From Phyllosticta citribraziliensis (lineage: Eukaryota): DNA of 64,000 bases. Position 1 is the stretch's first letter. Every line of letters begins with the position of its first letter. Where the stretch lies: positions 806,001 to 870,000 of the forward strand of contig NW_027117344.1 in the NCBI RefSeq assembly GCF_038025025.1. The letters run 5' to 3'. Under the pieces are notes generated by a model. That model did no database searches, was not told the origin of the DNA, and was given only the letters and a program-made list of their open reading frames with translations. Positions 37,385 through 47,220 of the stretch are shown here, piece after piece. The position numbers and the translations under genes were made by a program.

Positions 37385-39202
37385 TCATCTCAGCCTCCCA
37401 CGTTCCTTGGGTGCCTCTCCAGTCAGGCGCATCATCCTGTCCTCAACCTCCCGCCTCTTCTCCGCGTTTGCTTTTTTGAAAGCCTTCAAGTCTGCCCTCG
37501 CATTCGGCATCTCGACCTCTTGCAACTTCTGCAGCGCCTCTTGCTGGTCCGCAAGCTTCAACTGGACCCCAAACTTGATCAGCGCGCGGTACTTGTCATG
37601 ATCAAGCTCCCATTTGAGATCGAAATGATCCGGATCCATCTTGGACTGATCAATCGATATCTTGGCTCCTTTTCTCAATGCAATCATTTCCACATCACGC
37701 TCGTTCAATTCCTTCTGCAGCCTCTCCACGATCTCAACTGCTTTTGATACGACGTCTTCCTTCTTCTTGACCCATTTCTCGAGCCTCCTTGTTTTGTCGT
37801 CTTGGTCACCCCTCTCCTGCTTCCTAGGCTCCTCTGGTGAGGTCGAAGCCATCGTGTTCTTAAGCGCGCGGAAGCCGTTTGATCGATCCAGGTATATCTT
37901 GTGCAGCCTCTCCAAATCCTCGTCCGTGATTTCTCTTGTATAAACATCCCGCTGGGCAATGTTCGCGATCCACCCGTCCATATCTTTTTCTTGTCTTTTC
38001 ATCTCGTCTATTACGGACTGTAAATCTTGCCCCAACTTTGCCCTTTGACCTTCGAGATGGTCGCCCATGGCCTTGATTTGTGAGAGTTGAGCCGAATGGT
38101 CCCGGGAATCGCCACTTTCCTGTTGCACAGAGGTTGCAGTGGCGATCATCCTCTGTTGCTTCTCTATAACTTTGTCCTTGGCCTGTATCTCCTTGTCCAT
38201 GATGTTGACTTGATCATGGTACTCTTTGAGGATGATCTTGTGCAACGGCAAGTTGCAGACCTCCATGGCCTGCAGTCGGGCAGTCCTGAGCCGCCACACC
38301 TGTATTTCCCTGTCCTGCTCTTTGACCTTTTCGGCGTATTCAGCAAGGAACTGGTGGTGGAGCGGCATGCTGCACTCTCTCGAATTCTTCACCTTTTCTC
38401 GATCCGCCTCCATCTCCTTGACACGGCGACTCAGCCCTTCGTGCTCCGCAACATGACACGGCTTGGTCTTATTCCTCTCCTGCAGCTCTCTGCTCAAGCG
38501 GTTCTTAGCACGCAGATAGCCATCTCTCTCCCTCTTAAACTTGTCGCTTTTCGTCCGCAGCTCTTGCACCTCCGCCTGACTCTCCTCAACTCGCCTCTGC
38601 AGCTCCCGCTGCTCATCAACCAACGTCACAAAATCATCCTCCCTCTTCTCCCCCTGCTCCACCCGCTCCTTCAGCTCCTCGATCTCGCTCTTCAAGTCGC
38701 GGATCGTATTCACCGCCTTCCTGTGCTCTGGCACTTCGCACGACGCCTCCATGGCCTTCATGTCCATCGACGGGCCCCCGCCGACCTGAGCGCCCGCCGA
38801 CATCGAGCGCGATCGACGCGGGTGCAGCCCACCGCTGCTGTTGGCTCTGACGCTTGGGATCCGAAACATGGGGGGTCGGGGCACCTCTTCTTCTTCGGGG
38901 CTGGCAGGCCCGCTGACTGTGATGCTGGGAACAGGCGATGCGGAAGACGCGCGGTTTTGTGTTTGCTCTGAGCCGACGTCGAGGACGAGCTGCGGGACGC
39001 CGTGAACGGCTGTCTCTGCGGCTGTCTCAGTGAGTTTGTTCGGACTGGTACTCCTGATTGACGGGGTTGTTTCGCTGCTGCCATTGTAGACGTCAGTACT
39101 GTCAAACGCCTTGCCGTCTGGCGTGCGCGTGTTCCATTTTGTTTCGAAGGGGGATGCAGATGGCGCTGTCAGTCCAGCGCTGAGGCGTTTTCCGTCAGAC
39201 AT
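37385..39202 (-). CDS. Orphan coiled-coil protein with repeated C-x4-H motifs
   Basis: Uninterrupted ORF; first ATG at 39202 (the track starts it at TTG 39262); Ser/Pro-rich N-terminus followed by E/K/R/Q heptad-like sequence. 5' end uncertain because intron-like signals lie upstream near 39458-39413. Confidence 0.75.
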   Translation of the reverse strand: MSDGKRLSAGLTAPSASPFETKWNTRTPDGKAFDSTDVYNGSSETTPSIRSTSPNKLTETAAETAVHGVPQLVLDVGSEQTQNRASSASPVPSITVSGPASPEEEEVPRPPMFRIPSVRANSSGGLHPRRSRSMSAGAQVGGGPSMDMKAMEASCEVPEHRKAVNTIRDLKSEIEELKERVEQGEKREDDFVTLVDEQRELQRRVEESQAEVQELRTKSDKFKRERDGYLRAKNRLSRELQERNKTKPCHVAEHEGLSRRVKEMEADREKVKNSRECSMPLHHQFLAEYAEKVKEQDREIQVWRLRTARLQAMEVCNLPLHKIILKEYHDQVNIMDKEIQAKDKVIEKQQRMIATATSVQQESGDSRDHSAQLSQIKAMGDHLEGQRAKLGQDLQSVIDEMKRQEKDMDGWIANIAQRDVYTREITDEDLERLHKIYLDRSNGFRALKNTMASTSPEEPRKQERGDQDDKTRRLEKWVKKKEDVVSKAVEIVERLQKELNERDVEMIALRKGAKISIDQSKMDPDHFDLKWELDHDKYRALIKFGVQLKLADQQEALQKLQEVEMPNARADLKAFKKANAEKRREVEDRMMRLTGEAPKERGRLR

Positions 39203-39906
39203 GGCAATCGGTTTCTGTACTTCGGTCGAGTCAATGTGCCACGGAGCATAGGGAGCATTCAAGTGAGGAAGACAGAAATCGCAGTGCGGCTTTACAACGC
39301 AGGGTTTTATCGGAAAATATGAGTGGCGGCCGACGGAGGTGATATTCTTTGTTCAAGCAGCTTTGTGCAAGGTACGGGTCCAGATCAGGTCGACCAAGCC
39401 CCTTTGATCGTCCTGTTAGAATGCGCAGGGGGAACAAAGTAGATTTGATCAGTCGTACGCGAAGTCTAGATTTGCATGGGCGTTCAGACATTCACTTGCA
39501 AGTCGTGAAACAAGAAGTCATCATCGAACTGTGGTTTCATTGTGGGGTTGAAGTGGTCCTGCCGTAAAATCTTCCCATCTCCATCCTATCGGAAAGTTCA
39601 TCTCCAAAAAGTGATGAGCAAGAAAGCGAGAGAATAGGGTCAGTCAAGTGCTCAAACGCCTGGAAATGCAACCGAGAGACCCGCGCCTGCTGAATGACCA
39701 GCTAACCGGCCGACCGACCGACCGACCAACCGATCCGTCCCAATGCATGCACCTTCCGATATGCTGTATCCTGATCCGAATGCAAAAAAGTGAAAGTGAA
39801 AGACGAAAAGACCAGAAGCAGTAGAGAATCGATGTCCCAAGTCCGAGTCGTGTCCCAGGACTCACAGAGTCGAGAGATGAGCGAAAGCAGTTGATAAGGC
39901 AGGCGT

Positions 39907-40950
39907 CTAGCGTCTCGAGATGCTGCCGTTCTGGCACTTGGTCCCAGGGGCGACAGACTGCCAGGCAACAGAACCGCTGTTACAGATGCCGAATTTATCA
40001 GTGCCATTGCAGACGATCGCTCCGCTTTGAGAGCAGCTCGAAGAGCCAGTTGAGCTGAGCGGAGTCGAGGCAGCGGGAGTGCCAGCAGGCGTGTTGACAG
40101 CAACAGGAGTACTGTTGGCGTTGGCAGCGGGCGTTTCGTTTGCGTTGGCCGCAGGAGTCGTTTGCGTGTACACAGTGGCGAGGGTGGAGGCCACGGGGGT
40201 TGCAGCAGCTGAAGACGCACCAGGTGCCATGACCGCAGCGCTGCTCTCAGAGGTCCCAGAGCTGCCAGAGCTGCCCGACGAGCCACTGCTGGCTTTCTGA
40301 CAGCTGCTGCCAACAGCATCATAGAAGGGACCCGAGCCAATCTTCTGCACAGTCTGACCTGGGTTCGGGAAGACGAGATCGCCCGACTCCTTGGTGGTGC
40401 AGCCATCGCCCGTGTTGGCAACAAACATGTCTGGAAGCTTGTTGTAGGCATCCTTGCTGTCGGATCCGCCCGTGACCGTGATGGGAGCGCAGTTCATGTA
40501 CATTTCCCGGTTGCCAATCCTGTTGAACCAAGTCCATGCAAAGGTGGCCTTGCCGTTGGGGATTTCCTTCGGAATGGAAAATTTGAATGTCGAAGGGCCA
40601 CCATCGACGCCAGGACATCCTCCCTCGAAGCTCTTGACGACCTTGAAAGTTGAGCTCTTTGTGGGCTCCGGGTCGAGAGAAACGGAGAGTTGGCAGCTAC
40701 CACCGCCGTGGACAGCAGAGCCTTGAAACGATAGCGTCTGCTCCTCGCCCACAGCCATCTTGTTCATGGTGGAAATGTCGTAGACGCCAGAGCGCTGTTT
40801 GCATGGAAAGTCGCTTCCACTGCTCGAGAGAGGGCTGTTGTTGAGACTGCTTTTGCCATACGGAACCGGGCTCGTCATGATCATATGCCCCTTGACCATC
40901 GAGGCCATAAGGGAAGTGGCAAAAAGAAGGGTGGAAGTAATAGGAGCCAT
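39907..40950 (-). CDS. AA11 lytic polysaccharide monooxygenase with Ser/Thr/Ala linker and C-terminal Cys-rich X278-like module
   Basis: Signal peptide then His1 (HMIMTSPVPY), NSPL..GSDFPCK, AVHGGGSCQLS and WTWFNRIGNREMYMNCAPI; C-terminal CSQSGAIVCNG..FGIC..G...WQ.VA.GTKC..G.I. Confidence 0.93.
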   Translation of the reverse strand: MAPITSTLLFATSLMASMVKGHMIMTSPVPYGKSSLNNSPLSSSGSDFPCKQRSGVYDISTMNKMAVGEEQTLSFQGSAVHGGGSCQLSVSLDPEPTKSSTFKVVKSFEGGCPGVDGGPSTFKFSIPKEIPNGKATFAWTWFNRIGNREMYMNCAPITVTGGSDSKDAYNKLPDMFVANTGDGCTTKESGDLVFPNPGQTVQKIGSGPFYDAVGSSCQKASSGSSGSSGSSGTSESSAAVMAPGASSAAATPVASTLATVYTQTTPAANANETPAANANSTPVAVNTPAGTPAASTPLSSTGSSSCSQSGAIVCNGTDKFGICNSGSVAWQSVAPGTKCQNGSISRR

Positions 40951-42216
40951 TTTGTGTCAAGGAGTGGACTGGTTGAAAAGAAGACCTGCTTCGATGATGC
41001 TGAGAAAGGAAGGGAGTGAATGGAAAGGCAGTAACCACAGTTGATGGAGAGTCGAAGGGAGAGGAAGACACTGGAGGTTCTTAAAAGGCCGGGCATCTGC
41101 ATGGCGATTGTGTCGCGCGCCTATGCCGACGCAACACAGCGAAGCGAAAACCGGGGCGAGTGAACATAGACTAACACCAAGTTGGGAATCACCTACACGA
41201 GTTTCGATGTCGTTTCAACTGCGTCCACGGCGCCTGGACGGTGCAGTCACCTTTGAGGTGCAAGCGAGGGTTGACAGCACATCCTTTGGGGCATGACTGG
41301 TGCTTGTGCGATGATTGTGAGGATGTAGTCTTCCTTCGGTCCAGCAGCACCTGTTGCCTTCGGGAGGGTTCATTGGTCAGCTTTTGAGCGGCTCAAACGA
41401 GTCGATGCATTAGGCCGGCGCATTTGTGGGCTTCCCCAGAGGAAGGATTGCAGTAAACAACCCTGAAGCGGCGTCGCTGTAACCATGGAGGTAAGTGATC
41501 GTCATCGTTTTACAAAATCGGAAGAAGAGACGGTGAAGCTGGAAATGCGGTTGCATTGATTCGGGAGCTGGATGAGCCCTGTGACGGAAGGAGCAGCACT
41601 GGTCGTGAATGCCAGGGATATGCAGTCGCCAAAGATGTCTATGGACAAGAGCTTGCAGGTTTGTGTTGGCTGAGCGGAGCGTCAGGGGTCGTAGTGCTTC
41701 ACATGGCGCTGCTGGTTCTTTGGCGCCGCGATGTCATTGGCGTGCTTGTAAGCGCCGGAAGTGATGTTGTAGATCATGGAGCGGCCTTTACGACCACCTG
41801 GAGCCGAATGCACAATGCCCACTCCGAGATGCCAATCCTGGCAAACAATGAGATTCTGTGGTGGTGACGGGAATGACGATGGGAACGGGGGGTGCCTGAG
41901 TTTGTTGGACCGACATGTACGTGTAGAGCCTCAGGCCAAGGAAAACGCGGGAGAAAAGTCGGGCCGATGGCGCCTGCGAGCCCAGCATCGGATTGGATGT
42001 CGACTCGCGCAACGCGCAACGCCAAAGCCATCTCTGCATTCCCGTCGATTGCACGCGCCAGGCGCCTGGCCGCACCTTGGATTGTTTCTCATCTGTTCAT
42101 CCTCTGGACTGGAAATCTGCATCTGACCCTCAGACCTCGTTGCGACCCGGCTTCGATCCTCTGCCACTTGGCGCTCGACTGCGAGGTGCGCGCGCATACC
42201 GCATCGTCCAGACGCC

Positions 42217-44165
42217 ATGTCTTCACTCACGGCCAAAACCAACCCGCCCCAGGCCTTTATATCTAGCTACGCTCCGCGCATCCGCACATATGGCAACTCT
42301 CTTCTACAGCCTGTCATCCAGCAGTCGCAGCAGCTTCCTCCTGCGCGAACCACCAAGCGCGGGACCACCGCCATAAACTACGCCGAGGACGGATATGACG
42401 ATGATGACTTTGAGGACAGTGAAGGGCCCAGGAGACGTCCAACTGGACTACGGAGTTTGAGGCAACAAGATGATCCCGCGATAAAGCAGGGGCCCGACGT
42501 CTCCCAACTGGGCAAAGAGCTGACCGCCCCGGTCGAGGTGCAAGGAATATGGAGAGAATGGATGGGTAAACCAAAGCGCGCTATGTGAGTGACCACATAT
42601 TCGACATTGAGATCATGACTGATTGTTCCAAGGACCGAGAAGCAGCTTCAGGTGCAAACGCATCTCCCTCTCAACCTAATTCCCATCCGCATCGACCTCA
42701 CAATCCAACCCTTTCGCCCAGAGGCGCCCTTACCCACTCCACACAATGCGCGCGAATTCGGCATCGATGAAAATCTCCCTGCATACAAGCAGCCAGATGT
42801 CACACCAGCATACAGGCTCAAGGACTCTTTTTTGTGGAACTTGCACGAGGCTCTCACAACGCCGGACCAGTTTGCAAAAGTCTTTGTGGACGAGATGGAC
42901 TTTCCTCATGATCGAAAGCCCTTGATCATTCTTGAAATCGCCAACCAAATCCGTCAACAATTAGAAGAGTACGCCGGCGTGGCCATGCATCCCCTCTTTC
43001 ACTCCATCAACAGCGCTTCCAATATCCTCCCCTCTCGATCGGCCCTACCGGGCGCCTCTAGAGACCAATCATCCACGCCGGCGCCGACCAGCAACTTCGC
43101 CCCGACTCCTTCGCTAGGTCCGAATGGCACGGGTGGTGCCAGCACGCCGGTACCTGTCGGACCAAATGGCAGCAGCGTATCTGCCACAGCTGCACCTCTG
43201 CCTTCGGAAGATGTTCTCAATCCCGACGACACTTACCGCTGCATCATAAGCCTTACCATCAACCTCATGAACCGCCTATATAGCGACAAGTTTGAATGGT
43301 CGTTATTACACCCTCCTGGCTTTGCTGAGATTTTCGCCAAGCAAACCTGCGCCGACTTGGGCCTTGCCGGCGAGTGGGTTCCCGCCATGACACACGCAAT
43401 CTACGAAGCAGTGTTGCGTCTGAAGAAGGAGGCTTGCGAAAATGGAGGATTAGTCGGCTACGGCGAGATCGATAATGACGCAGCCGAAGGGGTCGAAGCA
43501 GGGTGGAGATATGACCCGGAACACTTAGCCGACGAGTGGGAGCCCAAGGTTGAGACGCTGTCAAAAGAGGAAATCGAGAAGAGGGAGGGTGACCGCGAGA
43601 GACAAATCAGGCGGCTAAGGAGAGAAACGGCAAGATTTTCAAGCACGGCCAACATGCAAGGGGGCATGCCGCAGGGGAGCGACTACTTTGCTCTCGAGCA
43701 AGCAGAAGAGCGCATGGGTCGGGGTGAACGAAGCAAGAAGAAGCGGCGATTCCGGAGCTTGAGTCCGCAAGCACGGGATAGTCCGGACACGACAGGAGGC
43801 TATGGTGGCCAAGGGGGTGGTTTGGCGGATTGGTACGTGCTCCACACGAGGCACAAGGAGAAGCATCGTCATGTGCTAATCATCGTCCACAGGGAACGAC
43901 AAAGTTGGCGCTGCTCTCATTGTTTGATATCCGGACAGGCGGCTTGGGCAGTAAGAGATGGACCAAATGGGCCGAGGGTGAGTTTCTTTCCCCACCCCTC
44001 CTTTCTTTCCACATCTCTTTCACTGCTATGCCGCCATTAAACACCACCGACTAACGATTGTTCCAGTCTCTCTGCCACAACTGCGGGTACCTGTACGAGC
44101 GCGACAAGCGCCTACCGGCATGGTCTTACCAGCTCTTCCTCTACGACTTGCACCTGAAGCGGTGA
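42217..44165 (+). CDS. SFH1: RSC chromatin-remodelling subunit Sfh1 (SNF5 domain plus GATA-like Zn finger)
   Basis: PQAFISSYAPRIR, RTTKRGTTAINYAE, LIPIRIDL, KDSFLWNLHE, DKFEWSL and W.PKVE.LSKEEIEKRE.DRERQIRRLRRE motifs; introns 42585-42632, 43833-43892 and 43978-44066; C-x2-C-x20-C-x2-C near the C-terminus. Confidence 0.92.
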
Positions 44166-45165
44166 TGCTTTGCACACCATCCGCCTATTCCCCCGCCCGC
44201 GCTTTGAGAGACTCGACTTTTCGTCTCAAGGCAGCGCTCAAATGATGAGCTCATAATCGTCGTCTGCCTCTGCAATCACCGTAAACCGCATCCTCTCTAC
44301 CGCGCCACCCGACCCCTTGACTTGTTGAACTTCTCTCGGCTTGTCCCCGAGGGGAAAAATCTACCCCATCACACGACGACTCCCATCCATCGTACCCAGA
44401 GATGGCGGCGAGCAGAACCAGCACCTCTCAACAGCCTGTCTACCTGTTCCAAATCGCCACGGCGACTGTCGTCTGCCTGGGGTCAGATGGCAAATCATGG
44501 CGCCATCTTGCTGGTCTCACAACCATGACCACCAGCCGTCATCCCACCTTTCGCACGAACATGCCCTCGAGAGGGCGGAGGAAAGGATTCCGGTTGTCTT
44601 TTTTCTCCTCTTCCTTCCGCGTTGCCGTGCTCGTCGTTGACTTGTGTGTGTGTACGATACCTAGACAGACAGACAGGCAGACAGACAGACAGAGAGACGG
44701 ACAGGGCAGTCGGCAAACTGACGAAGCATCTGACGAATTGCCGCAAGAAAAGAAATTTTAATGTTCAAGACTTGATTGCCATGTAGTCGTGGACCTGATG
44801 TGCTCGGTGCATGTCGTGATTGCGTTTGTCAAGTTGCTCAGTGAGGCGCTTGGGTGTCAAAGAAGAGACAGGGGGTCTATTGACCTCCCGATTCATTCAC
44901 TCAGTACTCCGATGCTCCGTCGTCCCTTTTACCGTCCGTCCGCCCCTTTTCCTTTGCCGGTGCGCCAAACGCCCTGTCCTGTTCCATGGGTACCTGTCCC
45001 ACAGCGAGCTCGCCAAATCAGGAAGTATTCGACCCGTCCGCCCATCGCTCTACTCTGCATCCTGGCCCGTCCAATCAACGCCTGTCCAGTCACCTACTTC
45101 CCACGCAACAAACCCCACACAAACTCCCCATCTCCGCCATTGCCCCAGTGCCTTTCCCATCATGA

Positions 45166-45823
45166 CTACACATCGGAATCGTAATCATCGCCCTCATCCT
45201 CCTCGCGCGCCCTCTTCCGCGTGATGCTACTCATCCCGTCATCTTCCGTCCCAAAACCAGCGCATATGCCCGCATCCGCGCGACCAGGACGCGCGTCGAC
45301 GGTCGCTGTAGATGCAGAGGCAGAGGCAGCGGGCACGCCTGAGCCGACGCACAGCCGCTTTCGGGCGCCGTTGGCGTGCGTCGGTTGCCGAGTGTCTTTG
45401 TTGTTGCTATTGCTGATATTGCGAGCGGGTGGAGCGCCCGCAAGCGACGGGCGAGGGAGTGCGGGGGCAGAGCTGTCTGCGGCGGCAGGGGGCGTCAGGG
45501 GCGCGGCAGGGGGGGCTGGCTTGTCGTTTTCGGTGCCGTCGACCATGACGTTCGGCGCAGTGGTAGGAGGAGCAGCGTTCGACATGCCGTTGTTCGTTTG
45601 CATCTGCGCAGCGGCGCCGGTGTTGCCGCTGCGAGCAGCTGCAAGAGCACCGTACGCCGCGGCGGCCGGGTTGCCGCCCACGATGTTCCTGTCGCCGACG
45701 ACGTGGACACTGCAGTCGATGAGGATGTTGACGGGCCCGCGGGCCTGCGGCGAGAAGATGGACTGCGCCGAGAAGATGGACTGCGCATCTGTGGGCTGGT
45801 TGTCTGTCGTGGCTGGGGCAGCG

Positions 45824-45859
<36 letters not shown>

Positions 45860-46299
45860 TGACATGGCAGGGGCCGGTTCCCGTTCAAGATGGCGAGGAT
45901 CGAGGCGGTCCAGCGCATGCCGTCCAGGGGTGACGCGGTGATGATGTTTTGCGAGCCAAGCACCGACAGCTTGTTGTTCACGTGGATGGTCTTTTCGCCG
46001 TCTTTGGTGTCGTCCTGGGCTGATTCCGGGGTGGAGGAGCGCGAGACAGCGCCGTTGATGGGTTGCGCGAAGTTTGGGTCGGCGTACAGACCGTCTTCTC
46101 CGTCTTCATCATCATCGTCGTCGTCGTCGTCATCATCGTCATCAAGGGTGCCGTCGTAAATGGATTGAGGTGGTGTTTGATCCTGGGGAGCATATGCTGG
46201 AGGCGGAGAGCCAATATCAGTGTCCCTGGTGCGAACGGTTGCGACGTTGGCGTCAACCATAATTTTGTGGTATTCGTGATTTAGCGCATTGAGGTCCAT
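45166..46299 (-). CDS. Hypothetical low-complexity protein with poly-D, poly-Q and two copies of a beta-strand-like motif
   Basis: 377-aa ATG-initiated ORF; SPPPAY; motifs IHVNNKLSVLGSQNII and ILIDCSVHVVGDRNIV. Confidence 0.75.
45825..45857 (-). repeat. (CAG)n coding microsatellite (poly-Gln)
   Basis: About 11 CTG units on the + strand inside CDS 45166-46299. Confidence 0.9.
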
Positions 46300-46815
46300 G
46301 GCGGGTCAATGATGCCGCAACGGCACAAGGTACGAAATGAGTAGGAAGTCGGAGATGAGGGAGAGACTATGGAAAGGAGAGTTGAAGTTTGTTCAGGTGG
46401 GGACGGAGCTAAATTATACATTCAGACTGCAAGCAAACGAAACAATCTGGCACCCAACACATGTAGGCACCCTCGGGCAGCATCTCGGAATGTTTGTTGC
46501 GCTCAGCTTGTACCTCCAAGTTTGAGCAGCCACTGCTATTGTGAGGGTGGCCGTGGGCAAGGTCGGCGACAATAGCTGCTATTGAGGGCGGCCACTGCTA
46601 TTGTTTCCGCTTTGGGTCGTGGGTCGCCGCGTGTCCAACACAGGACCAATTGCTCTGGCGCATGGCTATTGTCTCAGGCCTGAAGGATGCTTCTTTGTCC
46701 GGCCTGCGCCATTGCGATGCAGATGAATAAAACGATGCCATGTGCAGCAGCAAACGGCAGGCTTGGTGGAAACAGCAACTTACCTTCCCCGTCGGTCGAG
46801 ACATTGATCAAAGAC

Positions 46816-47220
46816 ATGGCCAATCTGAGCGCCGGGCAGCACTATCGGCAAACCACAATTGGCCAAACGCTGATTGAGGCCCTGGACGGGCTCGTGCAGG
46901 AGCACCGAATGGAGCCCCAGCTTGGCGCGGCGGTGATACAGCATCTCGACCGGATCATGGCAGAGGTGTTTCGAGAAAACGAACGGCTCCGGCGAAAGCG
47001 ACTAAAGTTCAAGGCGCGCTGCCTGACTTATCGGTTCATCGACGACAGATGGTTCTGGCTGCTCCGCGGGGCGACTTTTACGACGGACAGCGGCAGGAAG
47101 ATGGCGTCAGAAGGCGTCCGAGTGCACGCAGTGGCAGCGGAGCCCAAGGTGACGGCAGCGTGGGAGGAGGACGACGAGTTGCACCGAAAAGGGCAGGCGA
47201 GGAAAAAGGCACGCAAGTAG
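46816..47220 (+). CDS. Diverged, intronless transcription factor IIA small (gamma) subunit-like protein, 134 aa
   Basis: YRQTTIGQTLIEALDGLVQEHRMEPQLG..VIQHLDRIMAEV..RLKFKARCLTYRFIDDRWFWLL matches by eye the TFIIA-gamma/Toa2 pattern YR.S.IG..L...LD.L.....IEPQLA......FD....E....L.FKG.L.TYRFCD.VWTF. ATG 46816 has A at -3 region context AAGACATGG. Confidence 0.8.
   Translation: MANLSAGQHYRQTTIGQTLIEALDGLVQEHRMEPQLGAAVIQHLDRIMAEVFRENERLRRKRLKFKARCLTYRFIDDRWFWLLRGATFTTDSGRKMASEGVRVHAVAAEPKVTAAWEEDDELHRKGQARKKARK

Noticed and set aside
38087..38971. 294-aa Leu-rich + strand ORF that looks like a membrane protein
   Set aside because: Antisense of Glu/Lys/Gln codons gives Leu/Phe; an artefact of the coiled-coil gene.
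37385..39202. Gene next to het-c as a pin-c equivalent
   Set aside because: No HET-domain motifs; the product is a coiled coil.
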